The notes under the pieces were generated by a model. That model was not told where the DNA came from. It worked only from the letters and a program-made list of their open reading frames with translations, and made no database searches. Source: Squalus acanthias (taxonomy: Eukaryota). Taken from it: a DNA stretch of 64,000 nucleotides. The stretch spans positions 140,370,001-140,434,000 of the forward strand of contig CM059431.1 in the NCBI GenBank assembly GCA_030390025.1, written 5' to 3'. The position numbers were made by a program, and so were the translations under genes. Within the stretch, counting starts at the first letter, position 1; each line of letters starts with the position of its first letter. Below are positions 11,511-24,699 of this stretch, in pieces.

Positions 11511-13621
11511 GATGCAGAATAAAATGCCTGTATCTGTAGGCCGCAAAATGGAAAGACAAGATACTGAAAAGTGTATTTTTGCTTTTAAACTGCCGAACAC
11601 AGCAGAGCAATGAGAGAAAAAAACTTTCTTTAATTGCTGAGTGTGTTGTGTGGCAATTTTGCAGGCTGGCCTGTGTGTGTGTGTGTGTGTATGTGTGTGT
11701 GAGAGAGAGAGAGACAGCAAATGCGGGTGTATATATAGGGCTTGACTGAGTTCAAGTTACCTGCTGTGTGCATTGATATTGCATCTCATGTCTGAAAAAA
11801 TCAGAAAGGATACACCATTAGAGCATACTGAATTAATTCCAGACTGCAATGCTGTGGGATCTAACTTTGCCTTTATTTCAAGACTTTTGTAAAAATCAAA
11901 GCTACATATATAATTCAAGCCAATTGATTTTTTCTGGACTGGACTTTATGGTGGCGCTTTTGTGGGCTGTTTCAGAGCATATCCTGTGGTGGGATCTTAC
12001 TCTACCATTAAGCCCAACCCAACCAAACCAATTCAAGTTTTTGTAAAAACAAAGTATATATATTATTGAATTTTAAAAGTATTTTCAGCATAATCCATTT
12101 CATGTTTTTCTGGACTGGCGTTTATTGGGGAATGGGCTTGGGGTGCTTTCAGAGCAAAATCTGCTGTGGGTTCATTACATTCATTTTATTCCTTTCCACG
12201 CAAATCACAGACAGGCAGACATTTAGTTAACAAAAGTAAAGTAGATATATTATTATTTATCCCTGATTGTATTTCCTTCTTTTCACACTCCCGGTCGTTC
12301 ATTTCCTCTTGGGGACCCGGATTTCTGCGGCGTTGGCTTCACCTCTTCCTGTTGGCTTGTCCTCATCAAACATGGCCGCAGAGCCGGGAAGGGACATCAT
12401 CAAAAATAGACACTCCCAGGCTGCACCCCTTTCAAAATGGATGTGTGTGTCTGTGTTTCTGCAAATTGCAGAGTCGGTGTAAGTGTGTCTGTATGTGCGT
12501 GGGTGTTTGTGAGTCTTAAAATTGCAGCGTCTGTGTGAGTGTGTATGTCATGTTACTGTAAATTTTAATTCAATGTGGGTGGGAGGGAGACTGTGTGAGT
12601 GACAGAGAGACAGACAGTCCGTGAGAGTGAGAGAGACATGAATTCAAAAGGCAAGTTGCAGAATAGAAAGCCTGTTTCTGTCGGCCACAAAGTGAAAAGA
12701 TAAGATACTGAAAAGTGTCTTTTTGGTTTTAATCTTCCAATGCGGCAGTCATCCCTCTGCAGGCTGGCAAGGCTGGGAGTTTGTGTGTGTGAGAGATAGA
12801 GTGGGCAGAAGCTCGTGTTTGTGTCTGTCTGGTGTCTTATTACCTGCTGTTGTTGTATTAAACCCTATTGATTTCCTTCTGGCCTGCTCCACATGTAATG
12901 CTGCTGTGTATCACTTCATTGCACTTTATTTCACTTCATTTCAAGACAGAGAGTCAGTCAGTGAGATACTGAAAAATGTCTTTGTGGACTGTCCGACAGT
13001 AAAAGCTGCTCTGGGATATTTCCATTCATTTTATTCCAGTCCACTCAAGTGACAGACAGGCAGCCATTTCGTTTATAAAAGCAAAGTATACATATTATTA
13101 TTTATTCCTGATTTTATTTCCTTCCTTTCACCCTCTGGGCTTTCATTTCCTCTCAGGGACCCGGATTTCTGGGGCCTCGGCTTCAATTCTTCCTGTTGGA
13201 TTGCACTCATCAAACATGGCCACACAGCCAGGAAGGGACCACATCAAAAATTTATACTCCCGGGCTGCACCCCTTTCAAAATGGATGTATGAGTATGTGT
13301 TTCTGCAAATTGCAGTGTCTGTGTGAGTGAGTCTGTATGTGAGTGGGTGTCTGTGTTTCTGCAAATTGCAGAGTTTGTGTGAGTCTGTGAGTAATGTCAC
13401 TGTAAGTTTTAGTTCAATGTGGATGGGAGGGAGAGTGTGCGAGTGAGAGACAGACCGACAGACAGCCAGTGACAAGGGCGAGACATGAAATCAAAAGGCA
13501 GATGCAGAATAGAAAGCCTGTTTCTGTAGGCCACAAAGTGAAATGATACGGTACAGAAAAGAGTATTTTTGGTTTTAATTTTCCAACACGGCAGTCATCC
13601 CTCTGCAGGCTGGCCAGGGTC

Positions 13622-13656
<35 letters not shown>

Positions 13657-13984
13657 GAGAGAGCAAAAGCTGGTGTTTGTGCGAGATGTGGTCTGCTTTC
13701 TTATTATCTGCTGTTGTTGTATTAAACCCTATTGATTTCATTCTTGCCTGGTCTACATGTAATGCTGCTGTGTATCACTTTATTGCACTTTATTTCACTT
13801 CACTTCACTTCAATACAGACAGTCAGTCAGTGAGATACTGAAAAATGTCTTTGTGGACTGCCTGACAGTCAAAGCTGCTCTGGGATCTTTGCATTCTTTT
13901 TATTCCACTCCACTCCAAACAAGACAAGGCAGGTAGGCAATGAGAGAGACACATGAAATCCAGACAACAGGCAGAATAGAAGTC

Positions 13985-14232
13985 AAAACAGCAAATGCTG
14001 GAAATACTCAGCAGGTCAGGCAGCATCTGTGGAGAGAGAGAGACAAACAGAGTTAACATTTCAGTCCAATGACCTGTCGTCAGAACCTTGCCTCAATCTC
14101 ACGAAAGGTCATCGAGCTGAAACATTAACTCTGTTTCTCTCTCTCTCCACAGATGCTGCCTGGCCTGCTGAGTATTTCAAGCATTTTCTGTTTTAATTTC
14201 AGATTTCCAGCATCGTCAGTATTTTGCTTTTG
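13985..14232. mobile_element. Second copy of the inverted pair of Penelope 3' ends
   Basis: Same arms, centre (cagaaccttg...aatct) and flanks as 11270-11510. Confidence 0.8.
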
Positions 14233-15314
14233 ATGCAGAATAGAAAGCTTAATTCTGTAGGCCACAAAATGAAAAGATAAAATACTGACAATTGTTTTCT
14301 TGCTTTTAAACTGCCAAACACAGCAGAGCAATTAGAGAAATGAACTTGCTTTCATTGCTGACAGTGTTGTGTGGCAATTTTGCAGGCTGACCTGTGTTTG
14401 AGTGAGAGAGAGAGAGTGGCAGCAAAAGCTGCTGTGTATGCAAGGCTTGTCTGTATTCAAGTTAACTGCCATGTGCATTGGTACTGCATCTCATGTCTGA
14501 AAAAAGCAGGAAATATACATCATTAGATTATACTGATTTAATTAAAGACCGCACAGCTGTGGGATCTTACTTTGCCTTTCTTTCAGGACTTGTAAAACTC
14601 AAAGCTACATATATACCCCAAGCCATATGATTTTTTTCTGGGCTGGACTTTATCGGGGAATGTTTGTCAGAAGTGTCAGAGCATATCCTGCTATGTGACC
14701 TTACTCTCCCTTTAATTCCCAACCCAACCAAGACAAGACATGACTTTTGTAAAAACAAATATATATATGTTATATTTATTTTATTATTATTTTCACAATA
14801 ATACATTTGATGTTTTTCTGTACTCGGATTTATTGGCTAATGTTTGTGGAGTGTTTTCAGAGCAAAAGCTGCTGTGGGATCTTTCCATTCATTTGATTCC
14901 ACTTCACTCAAATCACAGACAGACAGACATTTCGTTTACAGATGTAAAGTACATAAGTTATTATTATTATTCTTTATTCTTTATTGTATTTGCTTCTTTT
15001 CAACCTCCCTCCATGCTCATCTCCTGGGGCGTCAATCAGCCCCTACATGCATTTTCACGCCCTCCAATCCCCCAGCCCCTTGTGGTCCTGAGCTCCACAC
15101 TCACTCACTCACATACAGGATCCGAGCTGGCGATCTGTAGCCACCATTCCTTCCTTCCTTCCTTCCTGCACCATGTGCTGCCTGCCTGAGTATGTGTGAG
15201 CAGCAGCACAGCCTATGAGCGGCTCCAGACAATGGCACAAAGCAGCGGGGCGGGAGCCCATCCTGCAACACAAGTGGCGACTATTTAAAATCACAGTCCG
15301 CCGCAAAGCGAAAT

Positions 15315-15655
15315 TATACTGCACAGTGCTATTCTATTGCAAAGGGCTATTGCATTGCAAGGTGCTATTTCATTGCAAAGAACTATTATATTGCAAAGTG
15401 CTATTCCATTGCAAAGGATTAGTCCATTGCAAGGTGCTCTTCCATTGCAAAGGACTATTATATTGCAAAGTGCTATTCCATTGCAAAGGATTAGTCCATT
15501 GCAAGGTGCTATTACATTGCAAAGGACTATTATATTGCAAAGTGCTCTTCCATTGCAAAGGACTATTATATTGCAAAGTGCTATTCCATTGAAAACTACT
15601 ATTATATTGCAAAGTTTTATTCCATTGTAAAGTGCTATTCCATTGCAAAGGACAG
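15315..15655. repeat. 18-bp minisatellite with higher-order structure
   Basis: Alternating units ttgcaaagtgctattcca / ttgcaaaggactattata / ttgcaaaggattagtcca. Confidence 0.9.
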
Positions 15656-15749
15656 TAATACAATCATATAAATTTACGCGCATATATTGAGGCCAATTCG
15701 ACCCGTCCAGCCTGCAAGAGAACTTCAACTAGATCCACTCCCCTTCCTT

Positions 15750-18085
15750 GTCACCGTAGCTCTGATATTTTTTCCTTCACGTACTTTTCCAATTCCATTT
15801 TGAAAGCCACGATTGAATCTGCCTCTATCACCCTTTCAGGCAGGGCCTTCCAGATCATAACCACTCGTTGCATAATTTTTTTGTCGTCTTTCCTTCTTCT
15901 GCCAATCACCTTAAAGCTGTTTCCTCTGTTTCTCGACCCATGCGCCAATGGGAACATGTTTCTCTCTATCTACTCTGTCGACACACCTCATGCTTTTCAA
16001 CACCTCTATCAATCTCCTCTCAAACTACCTGCTCTAAGGAGAACAGCTTCTCCAGTCTATCCATGTAACTGAAGTCCCTCATACCTGGAACCATTCCTGT
16101 AAATCTTTTCTGCATCCACCCTAAGGCTTTCACATCCTTCCTAAAGTGCGGTGCCATGAATTGGAGAAAATTCTGCAGTTGGGACCGAAATTGTGTTTTG
16201 TAAAGGTTCATCATAACTTCCGTGCTTTTCTACTCTGTGCCTCTATTTATGAAGCCCAGGATCCTGCATTCTCAACCTACCCTGCCACCTTCAACGATTT
16301 GTGCACATATACCCCCAGGTCGCTCTGTTCATGCACCCCCTTTACAATTGTACCCTTTAGTTTTTATTGCCTCTTTTCATTCTTCCTACCGAAATGCATC
16401 ATTCGCACATTTCTGCGTTAAATATCATCTGCCAGGTGTCCACCGATTCCCTCAGCCTGTCTATGTCTTCTTGAAGTCTATCAGTATCCATATCACTGTT
16501 CACTGTACTTCCAAGTTTTGTTTCATCTGCAAATTTTGAAATTGTGCCCTGTATACCCAAGTCCAAGTCAGTAATATATATCAAGTGAAGCAGTGGTCCT
16601 GGTACCGGCCCCTGGGGAGCACCACTGCATACTTTCCACCAGTCTGAAAAACAACCGTTCACCAATACTCACTGTGTACTGTCACTCAGCCAATTTCGTA
16701 CCATGCAACCACTGTCCCTTTTATTCCATGAGCTTCAACTTTTCTGGAAATCCTATTATCTGGCAATTTATCTAATGCCTTTTGGTAGTCCATGTAAACC
16801 ACATCAACCGCATTGCCCTCATCGACCCGCTCTGTTACCTCATTAAAAAAACGAATCAATTTATTTAAACATGATTTGCCTTTGACAAATCCGAGCTGGC
16901 TTTCCTTAGTTAATCCACACTTGTCCAAGTTAGTGTTACTTATGTTCCGGATTATCGTTTCTAAAAGCTTCCCCACTATGGGGTTTAAACTGGCTGGTCT
17001 GTATTTGCTGGGTTTATCCTTCTTGCCTTTTCTGGATCAAGGGTGTAACATTTGCAATTCTCCTTTCCTCTGGCATCACCCTTGCATCTAAAGAGGATTG
17101 GAAGATTTTGGCCAGTACCTCCGCAATTTCCACCATTACCTCCCTCAGTATCCTAAGATGCATCCCATCCCGTCCAGGTGACTTATCTACTTTATGTTCT
17201 GCCAGCCATTTCACTACCGCCTCTTTAGCAATTTTTATTCCATCCAGTATCTCATCTACCTCCCCTTTCGCTATGACTTTGGCAGCATTTCTTCCTTGGT
17301 AATGACAGATGCAAAGTATTCATTTAGTACCTCAGCCATGCCCTCTGCTTCCATGTATAGTTCCTCCTTTTGATCCCTAATCAGCCCCACCCCTCCTCTT
17401 ACTACCGGTGTATTATTTATATGCCTATATAAGACTTTTGGATTCCATTTTATGTTACCTGCCAGTCTATTCTCATACTTTATCTTAGCCCCTCTTATTT
17501 ATTTTTTCACTTCTTCTCTGAACTTTATATCTTCAGCCTCGTTCTCACTTGTATTCTCAACCAGACATCTGTCATACTACCACTTTTTCTTCTTCATCTT
17601 TTTCTCTATCTTTTTCATCATCCAGGGAGCTCTGGCTTTGGTTGCGCTATCGTTCCCCCTTGTGGGAAAGTACCACGACAGTACCGAAATCATCTCCTCT
17701 TTAAAGGCAGCCCCTTGTTCAATTACAGATTTGCCTGCCAATGTTTGATTCCAATTTACCCGGTCCAGATCAGTTCTCAACCCACTGAAATTGGCCTTCC
17801 TCCAAATAAGTATTTTTACTCTAGATTGTTGCCTGTCCTTTTCTATAGCTAATCTAAACCTTATGATTCTATGATCACTGTTCCCTAAATGTTCCCCGAC
17901 AGACATTGCTCCACTTGACTCACCTCACCCCCCAGAACCAGATTTAGCAATGTCCCCTTCCTCGTTGGGCTGGAAACATACTAATTAAGAAAGTTCTCCT
18001 GTATACACTTCAGAAATTAGTTCCTCTCTCTGCCCTTTACACGATTACTATACCAGTCTATATTAGGATATTTGAAGACCCCTAT
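15750..18085 (-). mobile_element. Decayed CR1 LINE ORF2
   Basis: Fragments GEHLGNSDH (endonuclease), DKSPGRDGMHLRILRE, GFVKGKSCL...VDVVYMDYQKALDK, SGAPQGPVPGPLL...SKFADET; many stops and frameshifts. Confidence 0.92.
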
Positions 18086-18923
18086 TTCTGTCCTCTATTT
18101 CTAATTGAAAAATTGCCGTGTTCCTCTTTCTTCCCCTATTCTCTATTTCCAAATAAACATTTATTGTGTTCCGCTAAAATTCCCAGTCCTCTATTTCTAT
18201 TTAAACAGTTGTTGTGTTCTCCATAATCGTCCTGTCTGCTATCTCTAACGAATCAGTTACCGTGTTCGGCTTGCTTCCCCTGTTCACTGTTTCTAATTAA
18301 ACAATTACCGTGTTCCCCATACTTCCCCTGTTCTCTGTTTCTAATTAAACAGTTACCGTGTTCCCCTTACTTCCCCTGTTCTCTGTTTCGAATTAAACAG
18401 TTACTGTGTTCCCCTTACTTCCCCGGTTCTCTGTTTCTAATTAAACAGTTACCGTGTTCCCCTTACTTCCCCTGTTCTCTGTTTCTAATTAAACAGTTAC
18501 CGTGTTCCCCTTACTTCCCCTGTTCACTGTTTTTAATTAAACAGTTACCATGTTCCCCTAACTTCCCCTGTTCTCTGTTTCTAATTAAACAGTTACCGTG
18601 TTCCCCTTACTTCCCCTGTTCACATTTTCTAATTAAACAGTTACTGTGTTCCCCTTACTTCCCCTGTTCTCTGTTTCTAATTAAACAGTTGCTATTTTCC
18701 CCTTACTTCCCCTGTTCTCTGTTTCTAATTAAACAGTTACTATTTTCCCCTTACTTCCCCTGTTCTCTGTTTCCAATTAAACAGTTGCTATTTTCCCCTT
18801 ACTTCCGCTGTTCTCTGTTTCTAATTAAACAGTTACTATTTTCCCCTTACTTCCCCTGTTCTCTGTTTCTAATTAAACAGTTACTATTTTCCCCTTACTT
18901 CCCCTGTTCTCTGTTTCTAATTA
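18085..18923 (+). repeat. 48-bp minisatellite, degenerate on the left and homogeneous from about 18270
   Basis: Unit aattaaacagttaccgtgttccccttacttcccctgttctctgtttct. Confidence 0.93.
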
Positions 18924-19069
18924 ACCGGCCACTAATCGTCTCGGGCGGTGGTGCAAAGCGGACAGAATTGGATCGGTCCCCGTTACACGCAGCACCTGAT
19001 ATACCATTCTGTTGCAGTCAATTGAACTGATCATCAGGCACTGCGTGTACCCCTCCCTGGCCATGTGTC

Positions 19070-19720
19070 TCAGGTTGAAGCGGACTGTTGTGCACATCAC
19101 TGTCATGTTTGACCCTGAGCTGAGCATCTGACCCCATATACCGTCCATCAGAAAGACTGTGTCACTTCGATCAGCTCCGCTCCATCTGGCACCAATTCCA
19201 CATCCATATCTTTGTCACCTCCAGACTTTTCTCGGCCAATGCTCTCCTGAACTGCCTCACATCTTCCACTCTCCATAAACATGATCTCATCCAAAACACT
19301 GCTGCCTCTAACCTAACTCGCACTAACTCCGAATCACAGGTCAACCCTGTGCCCGCTGATCTACACTGGTTCCCGTTCCAGAAACGTCTCGATTTGAAAA
19401 TTTTCCCTCATTGCCTCGCCCCTCCCTACCTCTGTAACCTCCCCCAGCTCTACAAGACCTATAATGTGCAGTTACTGCCTTACAAGAGTAGAGATGGAGA
19501 GGTTTGCTTTTTAACGTCTCTGAGAAATCTGCGTTGCTCCTACTCCGGCATCTTGTGCATCCATCACATTCTTCGGCCCTCCTTTGGTGGCCGTGCCCAC
19601 AGCTGTCTGGTCCTTAAACTCTGGCATTACCTCCCTAAAGCTCTCCACCTCTCACTCCTCCTTTAAGACGCTCCTTAAAAACAATCTGCGTGATCAAGGT
19701 TTGGTCGTCTGTCCTAAATT
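19070..19720 (+). mobile_element. L2-like LINE 3' fragment
   Basis: PADLHWFPFQKRLDLKI, LAPPYL and GGRAHS..LKLWH motifs typical of the L2-clade ORF2 C-terminus. Confidence 0.7.
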
Positions 19721-20114
19721 TTGGCCCGGATTTTGCAGTCAGCAGTGAACTGACGGCGCTCGCCGTTCATTACACTGCCTCTTGACAGCAGATTTTCTCC
19801 GGGCTTTTGCTCTGGAAGTTGCGTTGATTAGAAATCCAAAACAGCGCGTTGCAGTCTACAGGGGATCTGGGACCCGGATGGACAGGGCAAACAACTGTGC
19901 ATCTCCTCAACCAATCAGATTAAAGAATCCTTACTGAGGCTCTCAGGGTCTGAACCAGGAAGTGTATATTAGAATAGTTAATTCAGTGACCAATCATGTA
20001 CAAAGTGCTAAATAAAGAGAGAAAACAAAGATGTGATTAGGAGAGAGGGAGAGATACAAGAGACAAAAGAAAAAGTTAAAAAATAACTTTTTTTTAAATC
20101 TTCACCAATAACTT

Positions 20115-21295
20115 ATTTTCTTCATTCTTGTGATGTGGGCTTCGCTGGCAAGGCCAACATTTAATTCCTATTCGTAATGCCCCTTGAGAAGGTGTTGGTG
20201 AGCTACCTTCTTGAGCCGCTGCAGTCCGTGTGGTGAAGGTAATCCCACATTGATGTTCGGAAGGGATTTCCAGGATTTTGTCCTAGCAACGATGGAGGAA
20301 CGGTGATATATTTCCAAGTCAGGATCATATGTGATATGGAGGGAACTTGGAGGTGATGGTGTCCCCATGCACCTGCTGCTCTTGTCCTTCTAGGTGGTAG
20401 AGGTCGCAGGTTTAGGAGGTGCTTTCGGAGAAGCCTTGGCAAGTTGCTGCAGTTCATTTTGTAGATGATACACACTGCAGGAGCGCCGGTGTTACAGGGA
20501 GTAAACGCTTAAGGTGGTGGATAGGGTGGCAATCAAGCGGGCTGCTTTGTCCTGGATGGTGTCGAGCTTCTTGAGTGTTGTTGGAGTGGCACCTGTCCAG
20601 GCACGTGGAAAGTATTCCACAACATTCCTGACTTCTGCTTTGTAGATGATGGAAAGGCTTTGGGGAGTAAGGAAGTGAGACACATGCCGCAGAATATCCA
20701 GCCTCTGACCTGCTCTTGTAGCCACAGCATTTATGTGGCTGGTCCAGTTTAGTTTCTGGTCAATGGTGACCCACCAGATGTAGATGGTGAGGGATTCGGC
20801 GACAGTAATCACGTTGAATTTCAAGATACCGTGGTTAGAATCTGGCTTATTGGAGGTAGTCATTGTCTGGCACTTGTGTGGCGCAAATATTACTTGCCAC
20901 TTATCAACACAACCCTGAATGTCGTCCAGGTCTTGTTGCATGCGGGCATGGACTGCTTCATTATCTGAGGAGTTGTGAATGGCGCTGAACACTGTGCAGT
21001 CATCAGCGAACATCCCCACTTGTGACCTTATGATGGGGGGAAGGTCATTGATGAAGCAGCTGAAGTTGTTTGGTCCTGGGACACTGCCCTGAGGATCTCC
21101 AGGACGCTGTCCTGGGGCTGAAATGATTGGCCTCCAGCAGCCACAACCATCTTCCTTTGTGCTCGGTATGACTCCAGCAAGTGAAGAGTTTTACCCCGGA
21201 TTACCATCGACTTCAATTTTACCAGTGCCCCTTGATGCCACACTCTGTCAAATGCTGCCTTGATGTCAAGGGCAGCCACTCTCACCTCACCTCTG
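20115..21295 (-). mobile_element. LINE RT 3' fragment of a second CR1/L2-group family
   Basis: ALDIKAAFDRVWHQG, MFADDCTVF, WQVIFAPHKCQ, LDTIQDKAARLI. Confidence 0.88.
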
Positions 21296-21369
21296 AAAAA
21301 CTGCCATTTGCCAAAAGAATTTCCAACTTTCTGTCACCCTTCGCACGTCGAATTATTTCCTAACTTCAC

Positions 21370-21860
21370 TCCTGGCTCTAATTTTTGAGGATTTGTCCTC
21401 TAGTCCTAGACTTCACAACCAACAGAAATTGTTTATTTATATCTGCCCTATTAGTTCACCTTAATATCTCCAAAGCTAATACAACCTTCCTCAATACGTA
21501 AATCCAATTGCCACAATTATGTCCATTCACTAAATCTATTAATATCTCGATATAATTTTATGCGTCCATCTACACTGCTTATAATGCCGCCCATCTGTGT
21601 CATCGTCCAACTTAGATATGTGGCTCTCAATTTCATCATCAAAGTCGTTAATATATACAGTGAATAGGTGAGGCCCCAACACAGAACCCTCGGTACACCA
21701 CTAGTCATATCCTGTCAACTGAATTACCTGCCCATTATCCGTACACTCTGTATCCTGTCACTCAACCAATTTCCTAACCAGGACAATAATTTGCCTTCAA
21801 TTCCACGAGCATCAAGTTTAGCTAACGTTATCTTATGCCGGACTTTATCAAACACCTTTT
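21370..21860 (-). mobile_element. Old CR1 RT fragment
   Basis: SGVPRVL remnant and surrounding RT-like sequence. Confidence 0.65.
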
Positions 21861-22347
21861 TGCACATGTCTACACATTTTTAATGATTTGTGAACTGGAA
21901 CTCACAAACCTCTTTGCTCCTCAAGTTAATAGCTTCCCATGATTTAGAAAATACTCCGAATTATCTTACTTGGTTCCAAAGTGGATCATCCTTTGTACAA
22001 TGAGTCATTAATAAATGTGGTGAATAGTTGAAGACCCAAATTGACGCTTGATGAACACCATGGACAGCTATCCCACCCACCTGCCCTCGCCCCAGTCTGA
22101 AAAAAACATCCATTCACATCCACCATTGGCTTCCTGTCACTGAGCCATTTATAGCGCACTGTCTTTCAATTTTAGTCCTCCCAAAGTGCATCACTTCACA
22201 CTTCTCCTCACTTCTCTGCCAGGCTTCTTCCCATTGCACCATCCTTGCTATCTCATCCTGACGACTATACCTATCCTCATCACTATCATCTACTTTTCCA
22301 AGTGTATCATCTGAAAACGGGATAATACCCGTTGTTCTGTATCAGAA

Positions 22348-22628
22348 GTGGTTAGATACAGAGCAAAGCTCCATCTACAATCTCAGCTCAAACACTCCGA
22401 GGGCAGGTACAGGACGGGTTAGATACGGAGTAAAGCTCCATCTGCAATCTCTGCTCAAACACTCCGAGGGCAGGTACAGGACGGGTTAGATACAGACTAA
22501 TGCTCCATCTACAATCTCTGCTCAAACACTCCGAGGGCAGGTAAAGCACGGGTTAGATAAAGAGTAAAGCTCCATCTTCTCTGTCCCATCAAACAGTCCT
22601 GGGGCAGGTACAGTACGAGGTAGATACA
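22348..22628. repeat. 67-bp tandem repeat, about 4 copies
   Basis: gttagata at 22351, 22418, 22485 and 22552; unit includes aaagctccatct...caaacactccgagggcaggtac. Confidence 0.9.
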
Positions 22629-23335
22629 TAAGAAAACTTCAGCAGGAGTAGGCCAATCGGCCCCTCGAGCCTGCTCCGCCATTCAATAAGATCAGGGCTG
22701 CTCCAATCTTGGCCTCAACACCACTTTCCCGCTCGATCCCCATACCCATTGAATCCCTCGTAGTTCAAATGTCTGTCAATCTCCGCCTTGAGTATAGTCA
22801 ATGACTCCGCCTCCACAGCTCTCTGAGTTAGAGAATTCCAAAGATTCACGACACTCTGAGAGAAGAAATTCCTCCTCATCTCCGTCTTAAATGGGCGACC
22901 ACTTATTCTGAAACTATGCCCCCTAGTTCTAGATACCCCCACTAGGTGAAACATCCTCTCAGCATCCACCCTGTCAATCCCCCTCAGAATCTTATATGTT
23001 TCAATAAGATCACCTCTCATCCTTCTAAACTCCAATGAGAATAGGCCCAACCTGCTCAGCCTTTCGTCATACGTCAACCCCTTCATCCCAGGAATCAACC
23101 GAGTGAACCTTCTCTACACTGCCTCCAATGCAAGTACATCTTTCCTTAAATATGGAGACAAAACTGTATGCAGTACTCCAGGTGCGGACTCACCTGTGCC
23201 CTGCAAAGTTGCATCAAAACTTTCCTACTTTCATACTCCATATCCCTTGCAATAAAGGCCAACATTGCATTCGCGTTCCTAATTACTTGCTGTACCTGCA
23301 TGATAACTTTTTGTGTTTCATGTGCTAGGACCCGC
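22628..23335 (-). mobile_element. CR1 LINE 3' end
   Basis: PHLEYCIQF, RLSRLGLFSLEFRRMRGDLIETYKIL...FFSQSVVNLWNSL; CR1 3' UTR hairpin region. Confidence 0.92.
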
Positions 23336-24640
23336 AGGGACCAAAATAGTGGTCTATGTGCCGAGGTGGAGGATTTGGGGAAGGTACTTAATAAATACTT
23401 TGAAGCTGTATTCACAAAAGAGGAGGACGATGCCGACGTTGAAGTTAAGGAGGAAATCGTAAAATATTGGTCGGGATAAACACAGTAAGAGAAGAAGTAT
23501 TAAGGGTTTAACATCCTTGAAAGTAAATAAACCGCCATGGCCGGAAGAAATATATCCGAGGCTATTAAAAGAAGCAAGGGAGGAAATTGCGGAGGCTCTG
23601 ACCATCATTTCCCAATCCTCCCTGGCTACAGGATTGGAGAACTGCTAACGTTGTACCATTGTTTAAAAAGGGAGGAAGGGATAAACCGAGCAATTACAGA
23701 CCAGTTAGTTTAACCTCGGTGGCGGGCAAATTACTGGATTCAATTCTGAGGGACAGTATAAACCTTCATTTAGAAAGACACCAATTAATCAAGGTCAGTC
23801 AGCATGGTTTTGTTCAGGGAAGGTCGTGTCTGACTAATTGTTTGAATTCTTTGAGGAGGTAAGAAGAAAGGTCGATGAGGGCAGTGTGGTTGTGTAGTCT
23901 ACATGGATTTCAGCAAGGCTTTTGACAAGGTCCCAAATAGCTGGCTGATCATAAAAGTTAAAGCCCATGGGATCCAAGGGTGAGTGGCAAATTGGATCCA
24001 AAATTGCCTCAGTGGCAGGAAGCAAAGGGTAATATTTGAGGCGAATTTTTGCGACTGGCAAGCCGTTTCCAGTGGGGTTCTACAGGGCTCAGTACACGGT
24101 CCCTTACTTCTTGTAATATATATTAATGATTTAGATTTTAATGAGCTGGCATGATAAAGACATTTGCAGCTAATACAAAAACTGGCCGTGAGGTTGACAG
24201 TGAGGAGGAAAGCTTTATACTGCAGGAAGATATCGATCAACTGGTCAGTTGGGCAGAAAAGTGGCAAATGGAATTCAATTCGGAAAAGTGTGCGGTAATG
24301 CATTTGCGGAGGGGCAGAAAGGCAAGAGAATTCACAATTAATGGGAGGAAACCGAGAGGCAACGGAGATTCACTAGATTGATTCCTGGGATGAGATGGTT
24401 GATCTATGCGGAGATTGAGTAGAATGAGCCTATACTCTCTGGAGTTTAGAGGAATGAGAGGTGATCTAATTGAAATATACGATGTTGAGATCCTTGAAAG
24501 GGTAAATGCTGAGAGGTTGCTTTCCCTGGCTGGAGAGTCTAGGACTAGGGGACAGAGTCTCAAGATAAGGGGTCGGCCATTTAAGACTGAGATGAGGAGC
24601 AATTTCTTAATTGAAGGTTGTGAATCTTTTGAATTTTCTA
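23336..24640 (+). mobile_element. CR1 LINE ORF2 fragment with internal deletion
   Basis: FKKGGRDKPSNYRPVSLTS, QHGFVQGRSCLTN, WAEKWQMEFNSEKC, SLEFRGMRGDLIE. Confidence 0.9.
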
Positions 24641-24699
24641 TCCCAGACCACTCGGCCCCAGATCTCATTATATCCTTGGGCCAATCATGGAAAGGAGTG

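Larger units (their letters stand above)
11135..15000. repeat. Local segmental repeat array A-B-B'-A'-(partial B)
   Basis: A (about 11140-12165) matches A' (about 13865-14870); B (about 12165-13005) matches B' (about 13005-13865). All junctions share an aaagctgctNtgggatc...cattc motif. Confidence 0.8.

Noticed and set aside
15215..15728. Cys-periodic ORFs (HCKGLL/YCKVLF)n as a metal-binding or keratin-associated protein
   Set aside because: Translation of an 18-bp repeat that is open in several frames on both strands; no splice or homology support.
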